From: Mytilus edulis
Taxonomy: Eukaryota
Assembly (NCBI RefSeq): GCF_963676685.1
Contig: NC_092344.1
Coordinates: 121,582,001-121,646,000 of the forward strand
DNA: 64,000 bases
Direction: 5' to 3'
Made by a program: the position numbers and the translations under genes. Of this stretch, positions 14,349 to 27,769 are shown in pieces. The notes beneath the pieces were generated by a model. It searched no databases. It was not told the origin of the DNA and saw only the letters and a program-made list of their open reading frames with translations. Each line of letters begins with the position of its first letter. Within the stretch, counting starts at the first letter, position 1.

Positions 14349-14969
14349 TATTGTACATATACCTTTGACCAGGTTGGGAACAAACCCTCTATATGGTGAT
14401 TATACCTGTATAGAGGGATAATCCTTCTATAGAGGGATAAAATTATCCTTCTATAGAGGGGTATTTTTGTTTAGACTGGATTTAAATCAAAATAGGGCAG
14501 AATGGCATTCTCTACTTATTATGGTAGTAACCTGCAACAGTTGATGCACCAATTGATGTACTTAGTTTAATATGCACATGCCCAGTTTGCTGCTTATTTG
14601 ACTAAATATAAAATCTATTGTTCACCATGATTGAAAGCTGTGATGATCAGGTAAATTCTACTCACTTATGGCTCACTGAACAGAATTTCTATTGTTAGAT
14701 TTAACATGAAATTTAAAGGTCAACTATTCCTTTTGATGTTGATCAGGCGTTCAGATAGGTATACAATAGATTGCAAGTTTTGTCACTTTAGCAGAAAACT
14801 GGTTATTCCAATTTTTAGTAAAGTGCATATATTGATACATATAATGCTAGAGATTATAGCCAATATAACTAGAAAATGCCATTCTGCCCTAATTTGCTTT
14901 AAATCCAGTGCAAACAAAAATACCCCTCTACAGAGGGATAATTTTATCCCTCTATACAGGTATAATCAC

Positions 14970-16495
14970 GGCAGTGTCTGCGCGTACCTGCATGTGGGTA
15001 CGAATAGTCAAATTGCCTTTCTAGGCTGCACGTACCCACATCCGGTTTTATAATAAAATGCCGTCGGATTGGGAATGAAACGTGAAATAAATACGGAATT
15101 TGTTGCAATTAGTGAATAAATTGATTAAAACTACTCAAAATTTTTATAAATATACACACATATATATACACTGCTACTTTTGCATAGGTACTTTTTCTGT
15201 ACAAAAAGTCTGTGGTACTGGAATTTAATTACTTTTAAAATATAGTACTTTTTTAGTACTTAAAATTTATTGTAATATTTAGGTACCTGTTTTTTACAGT
15301 ACTTGATTTGTACTAAAAATTTAAGTACATATCAAGCACTTCAAAATAAAGGTACAAAATGAGTACCTAATATTTGAGGTACACATTTAGTACTACACAA
15401 TTAAAGTACAAATTGAGTACTTAAAATTTGAAGTACAAATCAAGTACTGTACAAAACAAGTACTTAAATATTACAATAAATTTAAAGTACTAAAAAAGTA
15501 CTATAATATTTTAAAAGTAATTTTCCAGTACTACAGATTTTTTGTACAGAAAAAGTACCTATGCAAAATTAGCAGTGTAGGCAAGTGAACAGTTTTTTCT
15601 CAGTTAGTAAATATTCTTAAAATGGAAGAGAGTGATATTATAACTGTAGGGAAGACATTTCAGACTTATAATGAATTAGAAAGATTTGTACAGAACTATC
15701 AGGCGTTAAATTTCATACAATTGATGAAAACGTAAACCTCCAGCGCATTAAAAAATATTTTACCACTGAAGCTTGGAAACAACTAAAAGTTAAGATCACG
15801 GAAAGAAGGAAAACATGCCACTGGATATGTATAAAGTGTAAAAAAAAACCTACAAGATCAGGACTCGTTGGCATGTGATTGCTGTTTAGACTGGCAACAT
15901 TTGAAATGTGCAGGGTTAAAATCTGTGCCAAAACAATCATATTGGATATGTAAAATTTGTTCGAAACCTTAACTAGTCAGTTACATGAATCTTTTATAAT
16001 TGGTTTAAATTGATTTATTACTTGCTTCTTTAATTTTTATAAACTCAAGCTTTAATTTTAGTAGTTTTATATATTTTAAAATTTCAGTTTCCGTTTTACA
16101 TTTTACTAAAAGATTATTTTAAAATATCATATGGGTATATTTTTAAATTATTAAAATGTTATTCTTTAAATTTTCATTTAAATTTTATAATAGTATTAAT
16201 TTCGATCATGTTTTTCTTTTACAGGGACTGTACAGTTTCATTTTACATCATTGTGCATTTAATTTTGCAATGTTTATTATGTATCATTATTTAATAAATA
16301 CAATTTGAAAATATTATTTTTCATACTCTTCACTCTTTCTACACAAAATCCCCATATTCATGATATTATCGATAATTTCCGTATATATTTCACGTTTTAT
16401 TCTCGATCCGATGGCATTTTAATAGAAAACCGGATGTGGGTACGTGCAGCCTAGAACGGCAATTTGACTATTCGTACCAACATGCAGACACTGCC
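14970..16495 (+). mobile_element. Internally deleted Mutator-like element (MULE)
   Basis: TIRs of about 120 bp, ggcagtgtctgc...gcagacactgcc; 9-bp TSD tataatcac (14961-14969, 16496-16504). Relic coding: N-terminal MEESDIITVGKTFQTYNELERFVQNYQ at about 15622 and PHD-like CDCCLDWQHLKCAGLKSVPKQSYWICKIC at about 15875-15960. Confidence 0.85.
15169..15577. mobile_element. CACTA/EnSpm-like MITE nested in the MULE
   Basis: cactgcta.ttttgcatagg...cctatgcaaaattagcagtg, near-palindromic with AGTAC subrepeats, 2-bp TA TSD. Confidence 0.8.
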
Positions 16496-17134
16496 TATAA
16501 TCACCATACAGGGGGTTTGTTCCCAACCTGTTGACTGTTTGTTGACTGTTTGACCACAGTCGCTTGAATTTTAGTGATATATATGTATGAAAAAAAATTA
16601 AAAAAAATACTGTTGCATACATCACTAAAATTCAAACAGTCAAAAGTATATAGTAGGTGATATTGTATACATTTATCACTAAAATTCAAGCGACTGTGTC
16701 TGTGGTTTGACATTTCATCCTTTGTGAAATTTAGAATCTGACAGGATAATATTATATAATAGAAATGTGTCGAGGTCCCTTGGTTTTATAACGAATGTTT
16801 CTTTTTTCACAATAGCTTTACAAAAACAGCACGAAATTCGGTTAAGGCAAAGTTACAAGCTGATCAAAACAAAAACAGAAACGGACCTAAAGCTAAATCA
16901 CCTACTATCTGTATGTGCCGTAATCTTTCTAATTTTACAGCTAAACGTTAAGGTAAATAAGAGATAGAATGATTATGATATGGTTTAAAATTTTAGACAT
17001 TACTCATAATGATATGACCAACATATTTTTAGAAGAAGCATAATTTTATGCTTCCGTACACACCTCTCAGTAGTGAACCTCCATAATGGTGACGTCATAT
17101 AAGAGGGATAACTCTAGCGCGAAATTTAAATAGG

Positions 17135-18330
17135 CCAAGCATATAAAACCTATATCAAACCTGTACTTTTATATGCATCCGAGATAGTGGGGATGTTTAA
17201 ACCCTCTTTAGATGATAACTTATTTGAAAAAGTTTATAAATATCTCCCATTGGAGAAACTTAATTTGTCTTTATGTAGATATATTTTATCAGTTAATAAA
17301 AAGACAAGCAAACTGGCCTTGTATGGTGAATTAGGTCGATATCCAATTTATATTGATATTGTTTCGTCTATGTTAAAATATTGGACTAGACTTGAAAATG
17401 ATAAAACAGGTGATAAACTTTTATCTCATGCACTTGCAGAGAATCTACTCATGATTGAAAATAATCAAAATTGCTGGTTAAGCTCAATAAAAAATATTCT
17501 CAAGAAATTTAATATGTTCAACTCTAATGAGTCAGAATTAACTCAATTACATGTTTCTATGAAAAATGGTGATATCCAAAGGATAATAAAATCTACTAAA
17601 AGTAAGTTTGAATCTAGATGGTTTCAACAACTTCAAACCAGTGAGAAACTGAGAACATATAGAACTTTCAAAAACATTTTCAAATTTGAAAATTATCTTG
17701 TTAATATTTGTAACGAAAATGATAAATATAACATGAGTAGATATAGAACCAGCAATCATAGACTGCAAATTGAATTGGGTAGATATACAATACCAAAAAC
17801 ACCTGTTAATGACAGAACATGTAAGAACTGTTCCTCTTGTGAAGTAGAAGATGAAAAACACATTTTATTAGATTGCCAAAAATATTTTACTATTAGGCAA
17901 ACCTATATAGACATTTGCTATAATAAGAATAGTTCAAAACTGAACACAGATAACAAATTTATTTGGCTTATGAGTAATGAACATGCCAATGTATGTAGAA
18001 ATATATCTAGATTTCTAAGTTTGAGTATATTTTACAAAACTGATAGCAAAGCAACAGAAAAATTATCATCTTAGTGTTCTGTCATATATATATATATATT
18101 TATTTGTTGTATGGATATGGTAACTTAATAGAGTATTTACATAAGAACAGGGTTGTCTCCCTTGATATTTATCATACCATATAATATAATATTTCCTTTT
18201 CTATGTGTGTATTAGATCTCTTTGTCAGCTATAACTCTTTCTCAATATTTATGTACATATGCATTTATATTGTTCATTTTATGCTCTTTGTGAGTTTTCT
18301 TGAATAAATAATTTGAATTTAATTTGAATT
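17135..18330 (+). mobile_element. 5'-truncated non-LTR retrotransposon (ORF2 C-terminal region)
   Basis: ORF 17187..18074 carries LYGELGRYP, KLRTYRTFK, RTSNHRLQIELGRY and a C..C..EDEKH.LL.C zinc motif typical of LINE ORF2 ends. AATAAA and a (TTGAAT)-like tail follow at about 18303-18330. Confidence 0.9.
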
Positions 18331-19077
18331 TTAAAAAACAAGTATTAGCTATCTAAAAAAACCGTCAGATTTTAGTATAGATAGATCTTTTTAAAGATCC
18401 TTAAAGGGCACTAGCTACGAGATATATAAAATCAAAAGTATGATTTTTTTGTGCAATCATTGAAAGTGAAAAAGTGAAATAATTATTCGCTTTTAGCCCC
18501 CCCCCCCCCCCCCCCCCCCCCAGTATTAGGGTTCAATTATATTGTCAAAATAAGCTAAGAAACCGCATTGATGATGAATTATTCACTTGCAAGTGAATAA
18601 TTCGACCTCATTGAACTCCAGTTTCACCCCTTAGCTAGAAATGGATAACGCATGCATTGTCCGTGTAAAGTTATTCACATGTCAAAATTGAAAGTGAAAC
18701 AAAGGTACATAATTTGTTGACTGATTTGATCCACAAAATGAAAATCTTTTTTTAATCTATAATATAAAAACGGTTAAACAGCTCATGAACAATCCAATTG
18801 AACGGACGGGCGGACAGACGGACAACGGTATACCATAATACGTCCAGTAAACGGGCGTATAAAAACCTGAAAAACTTCAATTTTTACCGAAATGTGAAAA
18901 ATGCAATAACGCAGTTCTATATTAAGAAAGTGTTGATTCGTTACCTCAAAATTGAAGATATTAAAACTCTTCAATTGTATTGTTCTTTCCTCCGGTTAGA
19001 TTTTGTAATCTCATTACATTTTATAAGCAAAGGATAACTCTGGATGAAAACTAATCAGCTATTAGACAACAATAATT

Positions 19078-21880
19078 ATTATGCCCCACCTACGATAAGA
19101 GAGGGGCATTATGTTTTCTGGTCTGTGCGTCCGTTCGTTCGTCTGTTCCGCGTTTATTTGTCCATTTGTCTCGCTTTAGGTTCAAGGTTTTTGGTCAAGG
19201 TACTTTTTTATGAAGTTGAAGTCCGAACAACTTCAAACTTAGTTACCTGTTACCTGTTACCTAATCTGTAAGTTCCGCCTCTGTCAGGCGCACCACCATA
19301 CGGTGTAACTTGGGAGTTGCTATATACAGGGGCTCAATCACACCTTAACTACATGATTTATTATGGGTTTCATCATGAATTTTATGTTAACCAGGTATAT
19401 ACAAACAGTGACCATAAATGGGAAGTTAATATATACTTTAATGGGAAGTTAATATATATTTTAATGGGAATTTAAATTTACTTTAAAATAATGGGAAATT
19501 TAATATATAAACTTTAAGGTAAATATGTACATGACTCCACTCCTGGCTTATTCATACTTCTACTTGCACAGTTCAAAACAGTTCTTCACATGGAATTAAT
19601 CACAGTTTCAAAATTATTGTCAATTGAATAATGATGATAACTAGGTTATTTGAAGTAGCGAAGCTCTTCTTTGATGTAGTCTATAACAATAACCTCTAGA
19701 TACACATTCAATATTAGAGATGTTGGATTCGTCTAGGAATTCAAAGGATGAACAGTCAATAATAACTTTGAGTTGTAAGTCTTCTGATGATAATATTTCA
19801 TTATACACTTCCATATCAACACAGTCATATAACTTTACTAGTATAATATTTAGGAAATGTTCCTGTATGTCTCTCAATTTTTCACAATATAGAAGGAAAT
19901 GTTTAATGTCCTCACTTCCTTTGCCACATAATTTACATGCTGAATTAGTTCCACCAGATCTGTCGAACTTAGCTCTGTCATGCTGTAAGGTATAAGTTCC
20001 ACACATGATTTTTGCTTTTATACTGGCCATAGTTGAAGTAAACGGCTCTGTTCCACAGCTATCCCAGACATTGTGGGTTTTTCCTTGAGTGATATTATTG
20101 ACATTTAAAAACTTTAGAGATGATTTTGATTTTACATCAGATTTTAGAAGATCAATCCAATACGAAGAGATAGATTTTCTTACAATATTTTTCCACTCGA
20201 TTTTCCCCGGAGGCACATTAATAAGATCATGTGGTGATGGTAAGCCATACTGTTCTGTTAAGTCAATAATTTTGACAAACAAACTATTTGAATCCCTTGG
20301 CATTACAGCCAGTTGTCTTATAGCAACATCACGCTCGACAGAACCATGGTTTCTGATGATATTACCGAAAAAATTCAGCATACGCTTATGCAATTCAGCC
20401 TCAACTGGAATTTGACCGAGAAGTAAGTAGACAGCACTAGTGGAAGTGCGCTCTGGCAAATGCTGGATCTGCTTTAGAAGCTTGATGTAATATACGGAGA
20501 GTAATTTCATATCTGAGACAGAAAGTATTATGGAGTCTAATCCATACAAAAGTCTGGGTAGCACATAAATTTTCACCAGGTGCATAGAGACTTTAGGGTT
20601 AAGTCCATTCAAACCATGGAGCCCAGCTCCCATGAGGGCATACACTGTTTTCCTAACTGTCTGAATTCTATTAGGTACACAATCTTTCACACCATATTTA
20701 GAATTGACATCATGATCTATACCAAGATGAGTCGCTTTAACAGAATTTTGAAGAGGTTGACCATTCAGTGTAAATAAATGTTCAGTTTTACTTCCATATT
20801 GTAGAGTACATGACTTCTGGCTACTAATTATGTAGCGATGTTTATTTGCATAATCAGACAAGACATTTAACATTGTTTGCATCTCATACGGGTTGTTGGA
20901 AATCAGAGTAACATCGTCGGCAACAGTGGGTATTCCACAGTAAATAGAACCCAAGTGAGCACCAAGACCATTCATTTCAAACGTTTTCAGTAGTGTGTTT
21001 ATGAAGACCTTATAGGCAGTCGGGGACCAAACTCCACCCTGGCGAACACCCTGGAATTCGTGAACTGGTTTTGATTTGATACTTTGCCACATTACAGAGG
21101 ACTCCAAGTTCTTATACCACTCATTGAATAGTAACCAATTGTCACCGGACATTCCACCTTTATACATCTCTCTCATTAGCCCAGAGTGCCACACAATATC
21201 AAAAGCTTTTTGAGCATCACTAAACGTTATAATTAATTGTTTTTTAATTTCTTAGCTTCAGCCTTGAGTTCAGTTAAGATTAATGCTGCTACAGAAGGAC
21301 ATTCCCCAAATGTGAAGCCTTTTTGCAACCGACTTTGTTTATCTTTAATAATGTTCACATTTTTTGATAGATGAAGTTTTTCCACAACTTTTCCAATAGT
21401 ACTTGTTACGGTAATTTTACGATAAGAGTTAGGCATTTCTCTAGGTTTGCCCCCGTTTTTGAATACTGGATAACATATACCACTTTTTAAATTAGATGGG
21501 AGGTTAATATGTTGAAATATAAAGTTTACTAATTTCACAATAATTTTAATAACAGGTTGACCACCATATTTTAAATGTTCAATGGTAATACCTTGTTCAT
21601 CAGCTGCTTTTCCATTTTTGAAAGACATTATACACTTTCCCACAACATCCTCAGATAAAAATTCTAGGGGTTCTTTATTAGTGTTAAAAAGATCCTGTAG
21701 TATTTTTACATCATCTTCGACCAATTGTTTATAGCTGTTATCAAAAAATTCATTAGTATTTGTGTGCCCTATGATATAATCTTTCTAATTTTAATGCCAA
21801 ATAAGGATTTTTATCATAATTTCACGGTCCACTGAACATAGAAAATGATAGTGCGAGTTGGGCATCCGTGTACTATGGTC
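19078..21880 (+). mobile_element. Microsatellite-containing non-autonomous element (HINE/pearl-like) split by a LINE insertion
   Basis: Segments 19078-19244 and 21762-21880 join to match the reverse complement of the intact copy at 46570-46840 (aaacttagt|...cctatgatat.atctttctaatt). Confidence 0.7.
19245..21761 (-). mobile_element. 5'-truncated non-LTR retrotransposon, frameshifted reverse transcriptase
   Basis: ORFs 21233..21724 and 19641..21194 carry KAFD, QGVRQGGVWSP, VADD and a C-terminal CKLC..EDIKHFLLYC. The 3' tail is (GGTAACA)n at 19245-19262. Confidence 0.93.
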
Positions 21881-22951
21881 ACGACATCTATCATAATATA
21901 TGCTATATACAATCACATTTGAGTTATTTGTCTATATAGAGGATGTTTTTACTGCCTCCTGCTTTCGAATACATCAACACCATTCATTTCTTTAAAAAAA
22001 TGAAGCAGAGAGACTTACACTTTTCTAAGGCTAAACATTAAAAGCTAAGTAGATGTACATAAATTATTTTTAACACAAACAAACCAACTGATAATGAAAC
22101 ATATCAAAACAATTCTTATAAAGAAAATATAACAGACATAATACATATTTCAAATGTTATCAACCGAAATATGCATGTATACATAAAACAAATAATAAAT
22201 TATGTCATTCCGATCAAAAGATTGTAATTTTATACTTTGTCGTTGCATGGGTAATGCATAATCAATGTCATTTAAAAGTTTACTGATAACAAGAATCAGG
22301 TTAGAACAATTTTTCAGAAAACTGGAAGAGAAAATGAAAACTGCAAGAGAAAATAATTTCCACTCATACCTAGAGATGTGGTGACATTCTACTTAGAGGT
22401 AAGCTAGTAGATATATAGTTTGTACTTGTGATTAAAGGCGACAGTGTTTTTTCTTTTGTAAAAGAGGGACGAAAGATACCAAAGGGACAGTCAAACTCAT
22501 AAATCTAAAACAAACTGACAACGCCATGGCTAAAAATGAAAAAGACAAACAGAAAAACAATAGTACACATGACACAACATAGAAAACTAAAGAATAAACA
22601 ACACGAACCCCACCAAAAACTAGGGGTGATCTCAGGTGCTCCGGAAGGGTGAGCAGATCCTGCTCCACATGTGGCACCCGTCGTGTTGCTTATGTGATAA
22701 CAAATCCGGTAAATAGTCTAATTCGGTAGGTCACATTCAGGAAAGGGAACTGTTATAAAGTCAAATATTAATTAATGACAGTAGTTTGCAGTGCTTACTT
22801 GAATCAATGTCGAATGAAAACAATGGCTAATCTTCAACTTTGTATTCGCTCATAAGTAGGACAATAATCATTTCAACTGGACTGGAATAATGTATCAGTC
22901 ATGTCAACTAAATCTATAAAATTCCACTTATCTATCAAATATATAATTTAA

Positions 22952-24419
22952 GGTAGCACAATACAATATTTGTTTTTACATCCAATCTGCAACCTTTAAA
23001 ATACTGTTACTTTCTTAAGATTGCATATAAATTAATAAAAGAGGTACATATAGATAGATAAAAAATAGTGTTTCAAATGAATGCAACATTTTTGTTATGC
23101 AATCATTATGTAATCGATTATTATGAAACTAATGGCAAAATCTTGGTCAATTCACTTGAATGAATTTAGCTCTATCATCTCTATAACTATACAGGAAATT
23201 TTAACGAATACTTAATCAACACAGCAGGAGCTACAAAAGGGTAAGAGGTTTAGCTAGCTTTAAAACCAGGTTCAATCCACCATTTTCTACATAAGAAAAT
23301 GCCTGTACCAAGTCAGGAATATGACAGTTGTTATCCATTCGTTTGATGAGTTTGAGCTTTTGATTTTGCAATTTGATCATGACTTATATCTAGAAATTGA
23401 CTATGAGGGTCGGTTGAAAACAAAACTTTACGACAAAAGAGATGATTTCAGGTTCCAAATTGTGTGAATTTTCATTTTTAAACCAAGAGTTCCAAATTGT
23501 GAAGTTAAAATCATCACTTTGTAAATTTTACGGACCCCATCAGTTGGTTGACCGTTATGGAATATTCGTTTCACAGATGATATCGGATATGTTCCTTATG
23601 TCGTAACTACAATCCCGTTCCCTTTTCACAAATATGACCAACCGAATTAGACTATTTACCCCTATTTGTGACATTTTTACCTAGTTGGCAGTGGGGTCTA
23701 AATGTCTCAACATCATGAATACATTAAAATATTTATTGTTTTTGTTTGTTTTGTTCACACACCGTTGTCAATATAATGAAATTTGATGCGACTGTCATAG
23801 AAGTGAGAGGTTTAGCTAGCTTTAAAACCAGGTTCAATCCACCATTTTCTACATAAGAAAATGCCTGTACCAAGTAAGGATTATGACAGTTGTTATCCAT
23901 TCGTTTGAATTTTTGAATTTGCCATTTGATTTGAGACTTTCCTCTTTGAATTTTCCTCGGAGTTCAGTATTTCTGTGTTTTTACTTTTTTCAAATTATTG
24001 CTATCGTATTCCATTCTCTCATAAATCTGTAATTAGTGTAAACATCCTTACCACATAAAAGTAGATAACGTATGATTATGTCAAAATTTGATCTATACAT
24101 TCTATCTGAAATCTGAGACACCCTTTTGTAGATAATGTCTCTAGGAACAACATATAATAAAATCAACCCTCTCCGGGTATCCATGAAGCAGCTAATTTTA
24201 ATTGAAATTAGAAAATTCTTGTAAAATTTTGTAGACACAGTTAACATTATAGTTAATTACATAATTGTTGAATAATACTATCATTGCATTAATTTGAAAG
24301 AGAAATCTGTTAGCTATCCATAAATACCACTTTTATTAATTTTTTAACCGTTTCAAAGAAAGTTACAGCATTTTTAAAACTAGGGAATCAGACGTATAAA
24401 ATCTTTGTATTGTGCTGCC
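22952..24419. mobile_element. Kolobok-like MITE (TTAA TSD, GG...CC ends) with nested insertions
   Basis: ttaa|ggtagcacaatacaa...ttgtattgtgctgcc|ttaa. Confidence 0.7.
23381..23660 (+). mobile_element. Penelope-like retroelement RT fragment (degenerate)
   Basis: Translates DLYLEIDYEGRLKTKLYDKRDDF, characteristic of Penelope-like RTs. Its 3' part matches in reverse the end of the repeat at about 22460-22750. Confidence 0.7.
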
Positions 24420-24569
24420 TTAACTAGAATTAAAAGTGTAACTGCTTGCAAACGGAATGTTTTCGTTACTTGTAGGTTCTATCATCCCTTTTAAATTTCA
24501 ATTTTCAAAATTCTCTATTTCCTTCGGGCATAACAGAATGTAACAAGATTATTCACACTTGCATATATA

Positions 24570-24975
24570 TATTGATGGCGATCCGATGGATACATCTGTT
24601 GTAGGGTTGTCACTGACTCAGACGTACTTATGAATATAACTATTTTCTGTGACTGTATCTTACATTAATTTGTAGGATCCTTTACTATAGATAATTTAGC
24701 TGATCTGTAACAATAACATCTTCATGCCTTATATATCATGTACTGTAGTACGCCGCTAGATTAAAACTGACGTGGAAAGGTAACACATGGCCAGCGAAAG
24801 CTCTTTTTTTGAGAGCCCAGGTGGTCGTGTGGTCTAGCGGGACGGCTGCAGTGCAGGCGATTTGGTGTCACGATATCACAGTAGCATGGGTTCGAATCCC
24901 GGCGAGGGAAGAACCAAAAATTTGCGAAAGCAAATTTACAGATCTAACATTGTTGGGTTGATGTTTAGACGAGTT
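24570..24975 (+). mobile_element. Interspersed repeat containing a tRNA-derived segment (about 24813-24910)
   Basis: A-box-like tggtcgtgtgg and B-box ggttcgaatcc, poor acceptor stem. The terminal sequence recurs inverted at about 35860-35895. Confidence 0.6.
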
Positions 24976-24999
24976 TTTAATTTGGTAATTTATCAACCT

Positions 25000-25460
25000 G
25001 AGATAGTAACGTTTTCCCCCATTGGTTATATTTAGGACATTAAAGTAAAAAATGTGCCTCGTCCTCCACTTGGTTTTAACCACAGAACTGACAAAGCTGT
25101 TCATATCTGGGTACATTAAGATTTCCACAAATTGAACGGTTAATGTTTACTAGTAATTTATATAGGTTTATATGTGTACTGGTCAGATCCGTTGACAGAA
25201 CCTTCGTCGGATCTGTTGAAGCACAAAAGCCTTTAGGTAAATTTCCAATTGATGATGTATGTAAAAGCATACATTCTCGTATTACACTGTTATCCAGAAT
25301 TAAGAAACATCTAGATATTTCTAGTAAAAATATTTTTATGATGCTTATATTCTGACCAAATTTGATTTTTGTTGTTCAATATGGGGAAATTGTAATGCAT
25401 GAAAATCAAAGAATAAATATGATGCAACACTGAAAACAGAGCTGCAAGAATTCTTCTTAT
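25000..25460. mobile_element. Degenerate, partly inverted LINE RT fragment
   Basis: IDDVCKSIHSRITLLSRIKKHL followed by a frameshifted ..FDFCCSIWGNC, resembling the CR1/L2-type post-RT region. Confidence 0.55.
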
Positions 25461-26177
25461 GCACTAATATTTAAAAGGTAAATCACCAAAAATACTTAAC
25501 TCTGAGAAAAATTCAAAAAGGAAAGTCCCTACTCAAATGTCAAAATCTAAAGCGCAAACACATTTAAAGGAATGGATAACAACTGTCATATAAATGACTG
25601 TACATATCATACTGACAACGATATGTGAACAAAACAAACAAACATAATAGATGTATATGTCAAAATAGAGGTACATCAGTCAACATTGTGTGATCATCTT
25701 AATCCCTATAAAACCAGATAAATATGTAAAAAAAGAAGCACAAAAAACCAAACATATAGACAAACCAGGCAATAAACATAACAAAACATTCTTAAGAGTA
25801 GACGACCATATGGAGACAAATGTTTGCTGACATCTTTATAGGTTTCAGAAATAGTGATGACTAGAAAAAAGGGGACACAGGGAAATAACTTCTATAAGAA
25901 TTAGTGTTTGGTTACACAGGGTGAGTCGGGAAAAATACCCATTCATGTAGGACACAAGTGACCAAAAATCCTTTCAATATATTGTGAAACAAAAACAAAA
26001 AAACCCATAGATTTAAGACTCAGAATAAAAAAAAAAGTCATCATAATAAAAGCAAAAGGCCTTTCCACGAAATTAGTGGAAAGGTCTAATATTCAGAACA
26101 AATACAATAGCTCTTTCCACTGAAAATTGGCACAGAAAAGTGGAAAGACGTAAAATTAAGGAAAAGGAAAAAAGGTC

Positions 26178-26613
26178 TATGAGCGTCACCGATGAGTCTT
26201 ATGTAGACGAAACGCGCGTCTGGCGTACTAAATTATAATCTTGGTACCTTTGATAAATATTTACACCACTGGGTCGATGCCACTGCTGGTGAACGTTTCG
26301 TCCCCGAGGGTATCACCAGCCCAGTAGTCAACACTTCGGTTTTGATATGGATATCAATAATTTGGTCATTTTTATAAATTTCCTGTTTACAAAACTTGGA
26401 ATTTTTCGAAAAACTAAGGATTTTTTATCCAAGGTATAGATGACCTTAGCCGTATTTGACACAACTTTTTGGAATTTTGGATCCTAAATGCTCTTCAACT
26501 TTGTACTTGTTTAGCTTTATAGATATTTTGATATGAGCGTCACTGATGAGTCTTATGTAGACGAAACGCGCGTCTGGCGTACTAAATTATAATTCTTGTT
26601 CCTTTGATAACTA
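26178..26613 (+). mobile_element. Non-LTR retrozyme: 354-nt unit bracketed by two minimal type I hammerhead ribozymes
   Basis: Direct repeats at about 26178-26256 and 26532-26613, each containing gcgtca-C(C/T)GATGA-gtc(ttatgta)gac-GAAA-cgcgcGTC-tggcgt. Confidence 0.8.
26535..26580 (+). ncRNA. Minimal type I hammerhead ribozyme (intact core)
   Basis: Stem I gcgtca/tggcgt, core CUGAUGA and GAAA, stem II GUC/GAC, palindromic cgcgcg stem III, predicted cleavage after GUC at 26574. Confidence 0.8.
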
Positions 26614-27769
26614 TCTTTCCACGAAAAGCAGAAAGACCAAATAATCAGAACAAATACATTATGGCTTTCCGTAAAAGTAGAAAAAACGTATATTAATCAG
26701 AACAAAGCCAAAAGGTCTTTCTACAGAAAAGTTGAAAGACTTCTTAATAATAACAGTTACACAATATACCTTTCCACAGAAGAATGGTAAAAGATAACAA
26801 TCGCAACAAAGGCAAAAGAACACAAAATCTGAACAAAGCAAAAGGTCTTTCCACGAAAATTGGAAAGTCCTAATAATGATTTTATGCAAAGAGGGTGACA
26901 TAATCAATCATTCTTTAAGGCCCTTAATCAATTGGAAATTTACCTAGAAGCTTTTGTATTTCAACAGATGTTATTGGACTATCTTGTATTGATATATTTG
27001 TGTATGACCTATATCTCTTTGTAAGTTTTATTATCTTGTGTCTGATTCGTTTTACACGTTCAAGCCAACGAAGTATGATGTAACTAATTTAGCTATTATT
27101 TAGGAGGTTTTAACCAGCATAGAAGTTGTTTGAAAAGGAATTATTCCATTTAGTTGTTTAAACACTATTTATTTATAGTGTTGACATCACAGTTTTTCTC
27201 GTTCTCGTCCGTATTTATACCATGGGTATGAAGTATTTCATCACCAGCATACATTTTAATGACTGACTTTGATGCGTTTCCCTCGGTTTTAGTTTGTTAC
27301 CCCGATTTTGTTTTTTGTCCCTGGATTTATGAGTTTTGAACAGCGGTATACTACTGTTGCCTTTATTTTTGATGCCTCCAAAGTCATATTATTTATAAAT
27401 AAAACGAACTGTAGGGGACCTAAAAAGATCTTTGTGGAACCTCCTAATTAATAAAAATCAGAATCTAAAGATTACCAGATCACACTTTTTGTGGTTAACT
27501 AGAGAGGTATGACTTGAACCATGACTGAATGATCCGAGACTTTTTGTAACTGTAACTGCAGATGATTATATGATCAACATGATTGAATCATCAAATTGAG
27601 ACAACTCTAAGAAACTATTTAATATAGCAATAAGATTGATCAATCCGAAACTGAGATATATATCAATTAACTCACTTCGAGATTAATATTAAGTTTTGGC
27701 TATGATAAGACGAAATGATTTACGGTAGACCTACAAGCTAAAGACTTTGTATTTTTATTTACATAGGTA

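Larger units (their letters stand above)
14370..16530. mobile_element. Non-autonomous DNA transposon with CAGG...CCTG ends and 5-bp TSD (hAT5-like), interrupted by a MULE
   Basis: caggttgggaacaaaccc...gggtttgttcccaacctg; ttgac duplicated at 14365-14369 and 16531-16535; long inverted arms at about 14370-14520 and 14870-14969. Confidence 0.75.

Noticed and set aside
22432-22677. 81-aa ORF and similar short hydrophobic ORFs across the window
   Set aside because: They fall within interspersed repeats or AT-rich introns, or are antisense to real genes, and show no coding signal.
24813-24910. Functional tRNA gene
   Set aside because: A and B boxes are present but the acceptor and anticodon stems pair poorly, and it is embedded in an interspersed repeat.
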